This document shows positions 63,953-64,000 of a stretch of 64,000 nt of DNA, one piece after another (position 1 is the stretch's first letter; the number at the start of each line of letters is the position of its first letter). The DNA is taken from contig JAUCBJ010008735.1 of the NCBI GenBank assembly GCA_032718475.1, positions 1 through 64,000 on the forward strand, given 5' to 3'. This DNA comes from Nemertoderma westbladi (lineage: Eukaryota > Animalia > Xenacoelomorpha). The notes under the pieces are model-generated. The model was not told where the DNA came from. It saw nothing but the letters and a program-made list of their open reading frames with translations, and made no database searches. Position numbers and translations under genes: made by a program.

Positions 63953-64000
63953 TGTGGTTGAGGGAGTTGGATCTGGGGCTGAGGTACAGAGTGCTGGTGT

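Larger units (their letters stand above)
59700..64000 (-). mobile_element. CR1/L2-type LINE (end of ORF1, hydrophobic ORF, APE, RT), degenerate, runs off the window
   Basis: QINARSL, VTETWL, GGGVLIY, IYRPP, QGDLNIN, LLDVV, FSDH (APE); NYRPVA, QFGFRK, FLDLSKAF, YADD, KYLGVIIDSELNW, HSYSTR; 3' boundary approximate. Confidence 0.88.

Overview
AT-rich eukaryotic (invertebrate-like) DNA made almost entirely of nested transposable elements; I see no conventional host gene, RNA gene or CRISPR. In order: a CR1/L2 LINE fragment, a Neptune-type Penelope element with tandem arrays at its 3' side, an LTR relic interrupted by a piggyBac-type MITE, a foldback-like Mutator element (9-bp TSD) with two RTE LINE insertions, a tRNA-derived SINE, a tandem pair of Helentron-like elements, and P/THAP relics. 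Next is a complete IS3EU-type DNA transposon (29475-36295, 6-bp TSD) with an intact DDE transposase and a convergent five-exon SAM-like/HECT E3 ubiquitin-ligase cargo gene, bracketed by arrays of palindromic repeats. After that come a pogo element with ~1-kb inverted copies of foreign flank, a near-complete Gypsy element, a second Gypsy whose RT/RNase H is replaced in frame by a 12-bp minisatellite, and RTE and CR1 LINEs. Family calls come from motifs read by eye, not from database searches; boundaries without TSDs are approximate.
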